Shown one piece after another: positions 19,001 to 27,164 of a DNA stretch of 45,987 nt (position 1 is the first letter of the stretch; every line of letters begins with the position of its first letter). Made by a program: the position numbers and the translations under genes. The stretch lies in the NCBI GenBank assembly GCA_020853295.1, contig JADYZD010000195.1, positions 1-45,987 on the forward strand, read 5' to 3'. The DNA is from Bacteroidia bacterium (GTDB lineage Bacteria > Bacteroidota > Bacteroidia > NS11-12g > UBA955). Below the pieces are notes generated by a model that worked only from the letters and a program-made list of their open reading frames with translations, searched no databases and was not told the DNA's origin.

Positions 19001-19593
19001 ACTTCATTTGCAGTAATTTTAACACTGGGTGCTACATGTACTTTTATTTGAAATTTATCCTTACATCCTGCACTATCCGCTACCTCCATGTTTATATTGT
19101 ACTCACCTGTATCATTAAAACTGTGACACCAGGTTTTGCCAATGGGTTGTGAAAATTGGGATAAATTTCCATCACCCCACAGCAGATTGATGTTGCTAAT
19201 TCCACGTTGGCCAGGTTGAATGGAATCTCCCAAACAAATATTATTGCCATCAAAACAAAACTGGGAAGTTTTGGTAATAAAGGCATGGGCTTTAGGGCTT
19301 GGTAAAATCTTTATTTCATGGGTATCTGAACATGTTTGGCCACCAGTTAAGGTTGCTGTGCAACTGAGAACCACAGTGCCTTTGGCCGTAAACTTAACAA
19401 TGGGATTGGTATTGCTGCTGGTGCCATATGCGCCAAAACTCCAGTTGTACTGGGTTATGGCCCCACTGCTGTTGGAAATTGAAAAGGAGACCAAATCGTT
19501 AATACATGCTTCTCGCTTACCAGAAATAGTGCATTGGGCAAAAAGGATTTTCGCATTCAGAAAAAAAATGAAAATGAAGGCCCAAAAACGCAT
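16012..19593 (-). CDS. PKD-repeat surface protein with a T9SS type-B (gliding-motility-associated) C-terminal domain
   Basis: Signal peptide. Repeated W.FGDG / WDYGDGN PKD cores. C-terminus FFANVFTPNESDGYNDTYKIP...IFNRWGERLFYS...GTYFYQVKYK. Confidence 0.8.
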   Translation of the reverse strand: MRFWAFIFIFFLNAKILFAQCTISGKREACINDLVSFSISNSSGAITQYNWSFGAYGTSSNTNPIVKFTAKGTVVLSCTATLTGGQTCSDTHEIKILPSPKAHAFITKTSQFCFDGNNICLGDSIQPGQRGISNINLLWGDGNLSQFSQPIGKTWCHSFNDTGEYNINMEVADSAGCKDKFQIKVHVAPSVKITANEVDYQFCDSMQLCLKSKVVGGKNINNSWYKMPGNVKSSLPLDWCKMLAPGERVIYKLVSKNEYGCKDSVTVNYLSSMEKFRVNKLRNILCLNEIQTGALTFYANEEVQWYLNGSPEYVDRGLVIYEAKLGKNYIKAERINGCKGVYLDSFILEGVRAVGRVYNGNRRKVHDTVILVDYTKGKLGAGLSRLWDFGDKHAARCTTWTAKNINVGKNCNFSRDSIAKHYYKDSDCFAPRLIITDSSTGCWDDSLIPIYRRNACPEIFITPKVCLGDYVNFSIPGNIYQKVRDKAFYIADTSKNADTVILYSGSGVYLYKSIGLKSPILWRYYDEDTVWKVVNNKVVVDFIRPPVGWVADTFIHKLEVLRRAKANFILTKKSLCNPYIANLKFIDSALYFPQTLTIEWGDTTIVYKNFTDTIVYLKDYLHEYKSGGLYRVKVIIKTKTGCGNEFQGTIAFSHHAGLRHSATCVGANVCFSDSVVDINTQQRWSSTNGFGNIYWDYGDGNKDTGFQKCHKYATAGIFIVKMTSISKSGCKSTNLDTVILAKPIAEIKYQPTIYCSEIRQYFDSSFMTSPNNGQIINQWRWNFGDGSSPVFVRNPAHIFSGGGVYRALLKVTTTTGCTDSVYKDFIVLGPDVKAAIVSDSMGCAPLKVQFGNLSKQTKKFIWEFGDQNNTIYSTEKDTNTQFTYKNPGVYYVHIIGGDSFYNPTTGNKYYCSVRYPAPGQKQLRVTVFETVKTMFNSPETVCLGDTVEFGNISDNKSTKYFWSMGNGDTQTRNADTFKYLFSKSGKYKVVLKPVLSTNFSPCSDTMVRTVNIVEIQPQFELDCRKTKGSELFLENKSGIDLPGFSWTLLNPVDSSEKLLSNSTNLFYDFGKDTGLKYICLGVNGGKSCGGKSCKPVKVQSAVFFANVFTPNESDGYNDTYKIPLYGYDEFEIKIFNRWGERLFYSTNPNYEWNGKVMNDGAVLPSGTYFYQVKYKPECADEPILVNGSINLIR

Positions 19594-19597
19594 TGCT

Positions 19598-19605
19598 CAA
19601 ATATA
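19598..19605 (-). promoter_or_regulatory. Candidate -7 promoter box (tatatttg) for the PKD protein gene
   Basis: Exact TAnnTTTG on the minus strand, ending 4 nt before the ATG at 19593. Confidence 0.45.
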
Positions 19606-19651
19606 AGACGCAAAAAAATCGAAGTGGTTGCGGCTGAGTAAGAGAAAATGA

Positions 19652-20377
19652 CTAAAAATTGGGTTTTAGGCTGTATTTGGAGTAAAACTCCAATATTTCC
19701 TCTACAGCTTCTTCTGCTGTATCAACAAGAGAAAACAAGCCCAAATCCTCCTCGCTTATGTATCCTTCGGTTTGTAGCAAGGACTCTTTAATCCAATCCA
19801 ATAAGGGGGACCAAAACTTTTTATCGACCAATACAATTGGGAATTTGGCCCTTTTGTCTGTTTGAACCAAGGTTAATGCCTCAAAAAGTTCGTCCATAGT
19901 ACCAAAACCACCTGGCAACACCACAAAGCCTTGGGCATACTTCATAAACATGACTTTACGTACAAAAAAGTAATCGAATGTGAGCATTTGGGCACGGTGT
20001 TGAAAGCGGTTGGGTTCTTGTTCAAACGGCAAATTGATATTTAAACCTACAGACGCGCTGCCAGATTCACGTGCTCCTTTATTGGCAGCTTCCATAATTC
20101 CAGGGCCACCACCAGTAATGATTCCAAGGCCTGCTTTGCCCAGTTTAAATGCAATGCTTTCTGCCAGAATGTAATGCGGATGCCCAGGTTTTGTTCTTGC
20201 GGAACCAAAAATAGAAACACAAGGGCCTATGCGGGCCAGTGATTGGTATCCATCCACAAACTCGGCCATTACTTTAAATATACTCCAGCTCATGGTGCTG
20301 GCCAAATCGGGCCAGTTTTTATTTTGAAATGCGCGTTTAATGCGTTTTTCGTCTTTAGGACTTAGATTGTCTGCCAT
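19652..20377 (-). CDS. LOG family protein (TIGR00730 Rossmann fold, nucleotide 5'-monophosphate nucleosidase type)
   Basis: GGGPGIMEAANKGA and PGGFGTMDELFE motifs. 241 aa. Confidence 0.85.
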   Translation of the reverse strand: MADNLSPKDEKRIKRAFQNKNWPDLASTMSWSIFKVMAEFVDGYQSLARIGPCVSIFGSARTKPGHPHYILAESIAFKLGKAGLGIITGGGPGIMEAANKGARESGSASVGLNINLPFEQEPNRFQHRAQMLTFDYFFVRKVMFMKYAQGFVVLPGGFGTMDELFEALTLVQTDKRAKFPIVLVDKKFWSPLLDWIKESLLQTEGYISEEDLGLFSLVDTAEEAVEEILEFYSKYSLKPNF

Positions 20378-20444
20378 ATAAAATCAATATTACTTATTTA
20401 ACTTTAGAATATGAAAACTTAACGAATGAAAAGGCGCAATCTTG

Positions 20445-22349
20445 TTATTTTATTGCAACAATTTTCATTTCAATTCGCCTGTTGAGTGCTTTGCCTTCCT
20501 CGGTTGCATTTGTGGCAATTGGTTGGCTCGCACCATACCCTTTTGCAACGAGCCTATTGGCATCAATACCTTTGGAAATAAGATATTGCTGAACAGATTT
20601 AGCGCGGTTTTCACTCAGTTCTTTGTTGTGTTCTTCGGAGCCAGTATTGTCTGTATGACCGCTGATTTCAACCTTCATTGTTGGGTTTTTTTGCATCAAT
20701 TGCAACAAATTTTCAAGCTCCGTGAAGCTCTCTTTTTTGAGCTCGAATTTATCTACATCAAAGAAGATATTTTTTAGTACTGTTTTTACATCGGTTTGCA
20801 ATTTCAACAAATAGGCATCCACAATATACGGAGAATCCACAGAGCCTACAGTAGGTTGAAAATTGGCTGAATAAAATAGATATCCATCGCTGTACACATT
20901 CAATGCATAATTGCCACCTGGTGTAAGTGTAGTAAAAAAATACGGTGCTACATCTGTTAGAATTACGGTGTTAGAATTGAGATCTATGATTTCAATTTTA
21001 CCAGAAATTTCTTGTTTGGTAACATTGTCGTAAACATTGCCTCTAACAAAACTCACTGCCTCTGGTTTTTTGCCTTTGCCCAAGTCGAAACTATAAATAT
21101 CGGGCCCACCAAACCCACCTGCTCTAGTGCTCACGAAATAAGCTTTACTGCCTTTTCTATCTACATACATGCCTATTTCATCTCCGATAGTGTTGATTCC
21201 CTTGCCCATATTAATAGGTTTAGACCAAGTGCCATCAGTGTTTTTGCGAGAAATGAACAAATCATGTTCTCCATAACCAGCATGCCCCATACTGGAGAAA
21301 TACATGGTTTTGCCATCGTAATGCAGATAAGGTGCTTCATCATCTTCGGTGGTATTAATGGTATTTCCCAAATTTTCAGGTTTGGACCATTTGCCATTCG
21401 AAAATCGACTCATCCACAAATCTTTTCCTCCATAACCGCCGGGTCTGTTGCTGGCGAAAATAATAGTTCTGCCATCCGCACTTATTGCAGGTTGGGCATC
21501 CCATCCAGCTGTATTTAGGTTTTCACCCAAATTCATGCGTTTGCTCCAAGAATTGTTTTTGCTGTTAAATGCGCTATAGAACAAATCGCAACTTCCAAAT
21601 CCGTCTTGATTGCAGACGGTGAAGAATATAAAACGACCATCGGCACTTACAGATGTAGTTCCTTCATTTTCTATGGTATTAATTTTACCTGGAAGGGGAA
21701 TTGCCTTGCCCCAACCCGAATCATTTAAATAACTAATGTAAAAATCTTCTTGCCCATCTAAATTCTTTGTAAAGATAAAAATTTTGCCATCAATGGTCAT
21801 ACCTGGCCAATACTCATAATCTCCAGTATTGATATTCGGTCCCATATTCTGAATATTCAGGCCTGCCATGTTTTTTGTATCTTCAATAGCCATGGTGCAG
21901 CTTTCTCTGAGGCGTGCGGCACCTTCTTTGGTGCGATCGCGAACCCCATGCTTTTTAGGATTAAATCCTTCAGCATTGGGCACCTTATCGAATTGGTCTA
22001 AAATGGCCACCGCATCTTCATATCGTTCTAGGTCAAAATAATATTTGGCCAAAGTGAAATAGTTTACCTGTGCCAATGGATCGGCTGATATTGCATTTCT
22101 GTAAGAAATTAAGGCATTGGCAGAATCTTTTTTCCCTTCATATATCAATCCTTGTAAAGAATAAGCATCAGAAAATTTTGGGTCCTTTTTTACCGCAGTG
22201 GCAAGCAATTTGAGTGCTTTGTCTTCATTACCCAAATTATATTGGTTAAAGGCATCATCAAAACACTTTTGGGCTTTGGGGTTTGAGCTCTGAGCAGAAA
22301 CCATTGCAGACCAAAAAAACACAATTAAAAACAGCCACTTATACTTCAT
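20445..22349 (-). CDS. TPR / TolB-like beta-propeller / OmpA-domain outer-membrane protein
   Basis: Signal peptide from the ATG at 22349. TPR-like helices come first, then repeated WD40-like PD40 segments (S.DG....F.S.R.GG.G..D...). C-terminal OmpA domain: F.VDKFELK...GHTDNTGSEEHNKELSENRAKSV...NRRIEMKI. Confidence 0.8.
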   Translation of the reverse strand: MKYKWLFLIVFFWSAMVSAQSSNPKAQKCFDDAFNQYNLGNEDKALKLLATAVKKDPKFSDAYSLQGLIYEGKKDSANALISYRNAISADPLAQVNYFTLAKYYFDLERYEDAVAILDQFDKVPNAEGFNPKKHGVRDRTKEGAARLRESCTMAIEDTKNMAGLNIQNMGPNINTGDYEYWPGMTIDGKIFIFTKNLDGQEDFYISYLNDSGWGKAIPLPGKINTIENEGTTSVSADGRFIFFTVCNQDGFGSCDLFYSAFNSKNNSWSKRMNLGENLNTAGWDAQPAISADGRTIIFASNRPGGYGGKDLWMSRFSNGKWSKPENLGNTINTTEDDEAPYLHYDGKTMYFSSMGHAGYGEHDLFISRKNTDGTWSKPINMGKGINTIGDEIGMYVDRKGSKAYFVSTRAGGFGGPDIYSFDLGKGKKPEAVSFVRGNVYDNVTKQEISGKIEIIDLNSNTVILTDVAPYFFTTLTPGGNYALNVYSDGYLFYSANFQPTVGSVDSPYIVDAYLLKLQTDVKTVLKNIFFDVDKFELKKESFTELENLLQLMQKNPTMKVEISGHTDNTGSEEHNKELSENRAKSVQQYLISKGIDANRLVAKGYGASQPIATNATEEGKALNRRIEMKIVAIK

Positions 22350-22378
22350 CTGAGTTACTTTTATCCAAAAACGTACCA

Positions 22379-22966
22379 TTATTTCCATTTTAAGGTTTGA
22401 ATCATATGTTCAATGTCTTTTTTTATAAACCGATATACCGGCGCAATACTATCCTGCTCGGTTTTGGCATTAAAATACAATGCACCGCGCAAAAAATGAC
22501 TGGAACTATCCGTTACAAAAAAGTTATAATTGGTAGCTGTATTCCCTTGAATGGTAAATATGAGGCCCTTTTGATTGGGATTCAGTGTTTGAATGGGCGC
22601 TTCAATAATATCATCCGCTTTTTGCAAATGTTTATTTACCAATTTTCTAGAGTCGTACACCAAAGAATCGAAGAAATCCCAATTATTAAAATCATAATAG
22701 GTAAGATGCAAGGTGGCGTTAAATGGCAAAAAATTCACATTATACCACCCTTTTCTTGGGTTGGGTGTAGAAATCGTATCTGTGTTTACATGGGTGTAGG
22801 TGGGGATTTCAAATGTATAAGGACAGCCTATTTTTTCAAATACTTGATATTTCTTTTCAGGGAACTCCAATTTGGGATAGCCATGTGGCTTGGGAACATA
22901 GGTTTCTGATTGGCTGCAAGCCACCAAAAACAACACCATAAAAAAACCTATAAAGTACTTATTCAT
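22379..22966 (-). CDS. gldD: Gliding motility lipoprotein GldD
   Basis: Lipobox LVACS followed by YVPKPHGYPKLEFPEKKY, the characteristic GldD N-terminus. It lies immediately downstream of and overlapping gldE, as in Flavobacterium johnsoniae. Confidence 0.8.
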   Translation of the reverse strand: MNKYFIGFFMVLFLVACSQSETYVPKPHGYPKLEFPEKKYQVFEKIGCPYTFEIPTYTHVNTDTISTPNPRKGWYNVNFLPFNATLHLTYYDFNNWDFFDSLVYDSRKLVNKHLQKADDIIEAPIQTLNPNQKGLIFTIQGNTATNYNFFVTDSSSHFLRGALYFNAKTEQDSIAPVYRFIKKDIEHMIQTLKWK

Positions 22967-24308
22967 CTTTGCCTTCTGCATCTGCTATTTTTACTTTTAC
23001 CCTTTTTACCCGGCGCAAATCTGCAGCATCTATGTAAAACGTTAAAGTACTAAAAATTATTTCTTCCCCAATTGCAGGAATTCTTCCAGCAATTTCAGTA
23101 ACAACGCCAGCAAGGGTATCTGATTCTTGATTGATTTCATCAAAATACCCCATGGGCAAATGGGTAATGCGCAGAAAATCTACAAGTTGTGTTTTGCCTT
23201 CAAACAAGTACGTGTTTTCATCCAGGCGGCTGTATTGTTCTGTCTCGTCATCAAATTCGTCTTGAATTTCACCAAATACTTCTTCCAACACATCCTCAAG
23301 GGTTACTATACCATTGCTGCCACCAAATTCATCTACAATGATTGCAAGGTGGTTTCTGTTCTGGCGAAATTCGTGGAGCAAATCGTCAATTTTTTTATTT
23401 TCAGGAACAAAAAATGGTTGACGCATTCTGCTGGTCCAATTAAAAGTTGCTGGTTCTTCAAGGCAATCCAGTAAATCTTTCATATTGATTACACCAACAA
23501 TATGGTCTAAAGACTCATGGTAAACCGGCATTCTTGAAAAACGTTGTACCCTAAATGTATCCAGTACTTCATTAAAATTAATACTATCCTGCAGTGCCAC
23601 AACATCCATTCTGGGTTTCATGATTTGGCTAACCTGGGTTTGGGCAATGTTTACAATACCCTTTAAAATGTCTTTTTCCTGTTGAGAATCTGTTTGATCT
23701 GAGGTAATATCAATAGCATGGCTCAACTCTTCTGGAGTAAGTTCTGGCGCCTTTTTCTTTACCTTTTTCTCGATAATGGTTGTGGATTTTACCAATAAAT
23801 TCGTAAGAGGCCAGAAAAAGAACATCAATGCCCGCATGGGATATGCCAGCCAAATAGCCACTTTTCTGAAATTACTGGTGGCGTAAACTTTAGGAATTAC
23901 CTCACCAAAAATTAAAATGATGAGTGTAACCAATATGGCGTCTACAAGAAATTGTATGAAGGGCTGACCTTCGAGATTCAAAATAATTTCTGTAAACATT
24001 TTGGCCAGCAGCACAAAACACACCACCATAAGGCTATTGAGAACCAAAATAGTGGCCAAAAGGTGTTTGGGATAACTGAGCAAATGAAGAATGATTTTTG
24101 AAGTACTGCTGCGGCTATAGCGCAATTCTTCTACATCATTATCTTTATGGGAGAAAAATGCATTTTCACCTGAACTGCCAATAGCGCTAAAGAATAGGCA
24201 AATGAGCATTCCTATTGCCAATCCAAGCAAGGTAATATAATCTGCAGGATCAACAGTTCTGAATACCGAATTCAGCACGATGGTTCCGACGGGGCCGGTA
24301 TCATCCAT
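22959..24308 (-). CDS. gldE: Gliding motility-associated protein GldE (CNNM/DUF21 + CBS pair + CorC_HlyC domains)
   Basis: Four N-terminal TM helices, a CBS-pair region, and the C-terminal CorC/HlyC transporter-associated domain. It sits in the conserved mutY-ssb-gldE-gldD order. Confidence 0.8.
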   Translation of the reverse strand: MDDTGPVGTIVLNSVFRTVDPADYITLLGLAIGMLICLFFSAIGSSGENAFFSHKDNDVEELRYSRSSTSKIILHLLSYPKHLLATILVLNSLMVVCFVLLAKMFTEIILNLEGQPFIQFLVDAILVTLIILIFGEVIPKVYATSNFRKVAIWLAYPMRALMFFFWPLTNLLVKSTTIIEKKVKKKAPELTPEELSHAIDITSDQTDSQQEKDILKGIVNIAQTQVSQIMKPRMDVVALQDSINFNEVLDTFRVQRFSRMPVYHESLDHIVGVINMKDLLDCLEEPATFNWTSRMRQPFFVPENKKIDDLLHEFRQNRNHLAIIVDEFGGSNGIVTLEDVLEEVFGEIQDEFDDETEQYSRLDENTYLFEGKTQLVDFLRITHLPMGYFDEINQESDTLAGVVTEIAGRIPAIGEEIIFSTLTFYIDAADLRRVKRVKVKIADAEGKDE

Positions 24309-24322
24309 AATTGTTTTTTAAA

Positions 24323-24778
24323 TTAAAATGGTAGTTCATCATCCTCTTCAGGTTCACCCGAGTGGATATTTTGATCGCCTCTATTGTCAAAAACGGGTTG
24401 GTTACTGGTGGGGCTATAGCCGCGTTGATCTGCTTCGCCTTCGCCGGTTTTACCCATACCGCCCATCATTTGAAGGGTGAGTACACGAATTTTTCGCACT
24501 TGTTTCTCAATACCGTCCGCATCAATGTATTTATCTGTGCGAATTTTACCTTCTACATATATGATGCTACCTTTTTTTAGGTATTTTTCAGCAGTTCTGG
24601 CTTGGTTGTCCCAAATCTCCAGATTGTGCCATTCGGTGCTTTCTTTGCGATTTCCATCTTTATCGATGTAATAATCATTGGTTGCCAAGGTAACATTGCA
24701 AACCACTCTTCCATTCTCCAATTGTCGCACTTGGGGGTCTTTTCCTAACCGGCCAAGTAAAATAGCCTTATTTATCAT
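24323..24778 (-). CDS. ssb: Single-stranded DNA-binding protein
   Basis: N-terminus MINKAILLGRLGKDPQVR, an OB fold, a Gly/Gln-rich linker and the acidic tail EEDDELPF. Confidence 0.95.
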   Translation of the reverse strand: MINKAILLGRLGKDPQVRQLENGRVVCNVTLATNDYYIDKDGNRKESTEWHNLEIWDNQARTAEKYLKKGSIIYVEGKIRTDKYIDADGIEKQVRKIRVLTLQMMGGMGKTGEGEADQRGYSPTSNQPVFDNRGDQNIHSGEPEEDDELPF

Positions 24779-25847
24779 TTTCGTTTGAACTAATTTCTTT
24801 AAAAACCTTGATTTTTAGGTATTTATCCATCAATCTGTGAACAGCAAATTGCTCCAAATCTGAAATAGGTACCCGCAAATAACCCTGATTTTTCATCACA
24901 ATATTAGATGGCATTCCTGAAATATGCCAAAAATGGGCAAAAATTGTTCGATGTGTGAGCTTGTGTGTAAACTGATGAACATCGAGAACCACAGTCCTGT
25001 CCGCATAAACACCAAAATACTCCAGCAATTTTGTTGCATCTTTTTTTTCTGCATTTTCCACATTTGGGAATTCAAACAACCCTTTCCATATGCTTTCATT
25101 CCCCCTTTTGACTATTGCGGTATTTTCATTTTCCTCAAAAAAGAAAAAATCCAGATGTACTTCAGTGGCCATTTTTTTCTTTGATTTCACTGGAATCTTG
25201 CCTTGAAGGTTGTTTTTAAATGCATCGCATTTTGGCTGCATGGGACAATTTGAACATTTTGGATTCCGTGGGGTGCAAATAAGTGCACCCAATTCCATCA
25301 TGGCTTGGTTAAAGTCGCCTGGGGGATAATTTACGATGGCGCCATTGAGCAATGAAGTCATTTGAGCCACAGTTTCTGGCTTGTCTACAGGCGATTGAAT
25401 TCCAAAAATGCGCGAGGTAACCCTCTTTACATTGCCATCAACTGCTGCATTTGGCAACCCAAAAGCAATGGAGGAAATAGCTGCTGCTGTGTAATCTCCA
25501 ATCCCTTTTAACTCTCGGATTTCGGCATAATTCGATGGGAAATGACCATTGTAATTTTGCACGATACTTTTGGCTGCGGCATGCATATTTAAAGCACGTG
25601 AATAATAACCCAGGCCTTGCCAAACTTTCAGTAGTTCCTCTTGAGAAGCATTTGCCAAGGCAAACACATCGGGGAAATATCTGAGAAATGTCATAAAATA
25701 CTCTTTGCCTTGTTCTACACGGGTTTGTTGTAGGATAACCTCAGAAACCCATATGGCATAAGGATTTACAAGGCCTCTCCAAGGCAATTTTCTGGCGTTT
25801 AAACCGTAGTAAACCATCAATTCGTCATAAAACCCATTCAAATTCAC
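24768..25847 (-). CDS. mutY: A/G-specific adenine glycosylase
   Basis: LPWR...PYAIWVSEVILQQT, an HhH-GPD segment, a 4Fe-4S Cys cluster (C..PKCSNCP....C) and a C-terminal NUDIX-like domain. The start is uncertain: GTG at 25847 keeps the conserved F..eL..YY, and the alternative ATG is at 25817. The track's 26015 start overlaps the divergent HU gene. Confidence 0.8.
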   Translation of the reverse strand: MNLNGFYDELMVYYGLNARKLPWRGLVNPYAIWVSEVILQQTRVEQGKEYFMTFLRYFPDVFALANASQEELLKVWQGLGYYSRALNMHAAAKSIVQNYNGHFPSNYAEIRELKGIGDYTAAAISSIAFGLPNAAVDGNVKRVTSRIFGIQSPVDKPETVAQMTSLLNGAIVNYPPGDFNQAMMELGALICTPRNPKCSNCPMQPKCDAFKNNLQGKIPVKSKKKMATEVHLDFFFFEENENTAIVKRGNESIWKGLFEFPNVENAEKKDATKLLEYFGVYADRTVVLDVHQFTHKLTHRTIFAHFWHISGMPSNIVMKNQGYLRVPISDLEQFAVHRLMDKYLKIKVFKEISSNENDK

Positions 25848-25890
25848 TTTGCAAAAAACAAAAAAAAATACGGTAATTAGCAGGAAAATT

Positions 25891-26199
25891 ATGACCAAAT
25901 CCGAGATTGTTAACGAAATTGCGGTTCGCACCGGACTTGAAAAAACTGCAATTGCAGACACTTTAGACAACTTCTTCGTTGTTGCCAAAAACGCTATGGT
26001 TAACGGTAACAACATTTACTTACGGGGTTTTGGCACATTTGAGCTAAAGAAGAGAGAAACTAAAGTAGCAAGGAACATTAAAAGAAATACCAGCTTGGTA
26101 GTTCCTGCGCATTATGTTGCAAGATTCAAGCCCGCAAAGGAATTTGCAAGCTTAGTTAAGGACAGTAAAGAGCTCTCAAATAGGTTAAAGGGAAAATAA
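25891..26199 (+). CDS. HU family DNA-binding protein
   Basis: MTKSEIVNEIAVRTGLEK...LRGFGTFELKKRE.K.ARN......V.VPAH..A.FKP. ATG at 25891. Confidence 0.9.
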   Translation: MTKSEIVNEIAVRTGLEKTAIADTLDNFFVVAKNAMVNGNNIYLRGFGTFELKKRETKVARNIKRNTSLVVPAHYVARFKPAKEFASLVKDSKELSNRLKGK

Positions 26200-26223
26200 T
26201 TCCACTATTTTTAACTGTGTTTG

Positions 26224-26231
26224 TACCTTTG
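26224..26231 (+). promoter_or_regulatory. Candidate -7 promoter box (tacctttg)
   Basis: Exact TAnnTTTG ending 4 nt before an in-frame GTG at 26236. Confidence 0.4.
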
Positions 26232-26235
26232 CCCC

Positions 26236-27033
26236 GTGGACAGTTCAACTAAGCGGGTATTCCTAATTTTGGCAATTGCAATTGCCTTAGCAACTGCATT
26301 GGTAAAAAACAGGTGGAAATTTTCAACTGATTCCCTACCTGAGTCCAAAATGTCTCAAAATAGGCCAATAGATAAAAAGCCTGTTGATAGGCAGCAATTT
26401 CTCACCGCAGTGTTTTCTGAAGTAAAACCACCTGAAAACGTGGGCAGGTTGATTTTTAAAGATGCTGCCAAACTGCCCAAAGACTCACTGGAAATTATTT
26501 TGAAATGGGCTTTGGAAGCGGGTTTAGAGCCCCTGGCAATTATGGTAGAATCAGATTTGGCTGAACAAAATCCTACCAAAGAGAACCTCACCAATGCCTC
26601 GCGCAATTTGGTTTTTGGTGGTGCACAGTTTACCGACAACCCAGTAATTAGCAATTACCTATTTCAAAGAGGTAAAATTCTAATCGATCGCGGATTGGCC
26701 TTGGATGGAAAAAATGTGCCCTTGAGGAATGCATTGATCACATATATCAGTGAATATGAGAATGAGCCCATGAAATTTTTGGGAGTATTGAGAGAAACGC
26801 TAGCCCTTGATTCCAATAACATTGAAACGCATTTCATCCATTTAAATTTGCTTAGAAAGAGTGGTCAATGGAAAAAAGCGATTACAAAATGCGAAAAATT
26901 AATATCTTTGCAACCCCAAAACCCGATGTGGCTCTATCAAACTAGTGAAATATACGGGTATATGGGAGACAGCTTGAACGCCAAAACCTATTTGAATTTG
27001 GCGGTGAAAGCACAAAAGAACCAACAACAGTAA
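26236..27033 (+). CDS. Membrane-anchored protein with C-terminal TPR-like repeats
   Basis: One N-terminal TM helix (VFLILAIAIALATALV). The C-terminal helical repeats end in a TPR-like AKTYLNLAVKAQ segment. The GTG start at 26236 is proposed from the adjacent -7 box; the track starts at a TTG at 26221. Confidence 0.55.
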   Translation: MDSSTKRVFLILAIAIALATALVKNRWKFSTDSLPESKMSQNRPIDKKPVDRQQFLTAVFSEVKPPENVGRLIFKDAAKLPKDSLEIILKWALEAGLEPLAIMVESDLAEQNPTKENLTNASRNLVFGGAQFTDNPVISNYLFQRGKILIDRGLALDGKNVPLRNALITYISEYENEPMKFLGVLRETLALDSNNIETHFIHLNLLRKSGQWKKAITKCEKLISLQPQNPMWLYQTSEIYGYMGDSLNAKTYLNLAVKAQKNQQQ

Positions 27034-27051
27034 CTAAGAAATTAAAGCTAT

Positions 27052-27141
27052 ATGCCAAGCGGAAAGAAAAGAAAACGTCATAAAATTGCTACTCACAAGC
27101 GCAAAAAGCGTTTACGCAAGAACAGACACAAGAAGAAGTAA
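27052..27141 (+). CDS. 29-aa Arg/Lys-rich peptide, probably a small ribosomal protein of the bS22 / mS38 (AURKAIP1-COX24)-like type
   Basis: The ATG at 27052 reads MPSGKKRKRHKIATHKRKKRLRKNRHKKK, stop 27139-27141. It falls below the 60-aa ORF-track threshold. Composition and the KRKRHK...HKRKKR pattern match the short basic ribosomal peptides annotated in Bacteroidota and Actinobacteria. Confidence 0.6.
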   Translation: MPSGKKRKRHKIATHKRKKRLRKNRHKKK

Positions 27142-27164
27142 TACTTTAATCCATCCACCCCGTT

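Noticed and set aside
19561-19568. A8/T8 homopolymer inside the signal-peptide codons of the PKD adhesin as a slipped-strand phase switch
   Set aside because: It encodes a normal hydrophobic FIFFL stretch. Tracts of comparable length occur in housekeeping genes in this window, so there is no specific support.
20442-22909. Plus-strand ORFs 20442-20777, 21012-21518 and 22397-22909
   Set aside because: They are antisense to the OmpA/TPR and gldD genes, whose products have clear domains. These are shadow ORFs.
25849-26015. Long 5' extensions of the divergent mutY (to 26015) and HU (from 25849) ORFs, which would overlap each other
   Set aside because: The conserved N-termini of both families begin later: HU at the ATG at 25891, and MutY near 25847 or 25817. 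The extensions are hydrophobic or low-complexity read-through.
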